A stretch of DNA of 64,000 bases from Octopus bimaculoides (lineage: Eukaryota): NCBI RefSeq assembly GCF_001194135.2, contig NC_069000.1, positions 38,695,748 to 38,759,747 of the forward strand, given 5' to 3'. The translations under genes were made by a program, and so were the position numbers. The stretch's first letter is position 1; every line of letters starts with the position of its first letter. This document shows, one piece after another, positions 62,801 through 64,000 of this stretch. The notes beneath the pieces are model-generated. The model had not been told where the DNA came from and searched no databases. It was given only the letters and a program-made list of their open reading frames with translations.

Positions 62801-64000
62801 CTACGAAAGCAAATTATGTTTTTACGTATTGAACTATCTTATGGGATTTAACCATCTCCGATATACAAATAGGTGCCATTTATCTATATTATTTCTTTTT
62901 GAAGGTGACAATTATTGCGAGTTCTACACAAACCATAATATAATTTATCTTCATACTACAGTTTCAGAACCACCTTGATATAGATGCTCGACGCGATCAC
63001 GTCACAAATCTGTTTATACATCCCTTACACTGAACAGATGCAGTGTTGCCAGAAGAAAAACTTCTGTCGCAACATCGAACACATTTTTTTAATATAATTC
63101 TACTTATGTATACGAGCCCTCATTATCCCCAAATATTTCATTTTTACCCCACTTGAGATAATTTACCCCAGATCACCGACCCTTGCCCTAGAGGAATGTC
63201 TACACAAAGGCTAAATTTCAGTCTTTTCCAGCTGATGATTAGCCGCTGTCTCTCCCGAATTCATCCGCCTTTTGAGAAGCCTTTTCTCTCGTGTTGCAGG
63301 TCGACCCATGAAAGTCCACACTCCTTACGAAGTACGACTGATAGGGTGAGGGTTTATTCATCGACAGCCTGACCGTGTGACAGTTTGTTAGTAGTACTAA
63401 CAGTGACCTCACACAACACATGTACTTGCATCCACACATACACTTATACACATACACAAACGTATCTACCGACCTATCTACATACATACATTCATACATA
63501 ATGTATGCGATTAAGCTTATCCGATTTTGTGTTCCTTTAGGCCTTGCAACATACCAGATCGATAAAAATTATTCGATAAAATAATTCACAGAATGTAATG
63601 CGTCCTATTATTCAATCAACACTTAAAGACAGTGTACCATCATGGCCACAGACAGAATTAATAAAAATTATATAACCTATTCGAAAGGTGTGTATCAATA
63701 CATATTTACGACTAATAAGACCCATATTCTTAGAGTATATTGTCTTTGATTCTTACTCAGCAGTAATATCAATGAGGAGCAAATATGCAGCGATTTCCAC
63801 AACAAAGCCACAATTCTTTATCTTCACAGAAGACCACACAAAATATCTTTCAAAATCTTCCAGTTCAAGAAACCAGCTAAACTGCGTTGGAAGTATCTCA
63901 AGCAAAGAAGTCGCGCCAAGCGCTTTACTATTCTCAATTTTTCACCCAGAGTTGCCTTCTTTTCTGGGTCAAGCTATAGACTTTCCATAAATAACCTAAT

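Overview
AT-rich eukaryotic non-coding scaffold sequence with 13 N-gaps (about 5.3 kb), most flanked by (TA)n or (CA)n. I could not identify a host protein-coding gene, rRNA, intact tRNA gene or CRISPR array. The long ORFs in the track are almost all microsatellite or N-gap artefacts. The window is mostly microsatellites and dozens of tRNA-derived SINE copies from at least five families. These resemble my recollection of Octopus repeats; the organism is inferred, not database-verified. It also holds relics of non-LTR retrotransposons (REL/R4-Dong-like, RTE, CR1-group, Penelope-like) and DNA transposons (Tc1, mariner MITEs, hAT). The most notable signal is a set of small type-I hammerhead ribozyme (HHR) motifs found by eye. 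Three fold completely: 5971-6017 (-), 39726-39771 (-) and 40465-40524 (+); several others are degenerate. The first has a compensatory U3:A8 core pair and a duplication that builds a monomeric helix III. The second belongs to a module that is joined to a tRNA-like head in another copy. SINE family letters are my own labels and SINE coordinates are approximate (about +/-15 bp).
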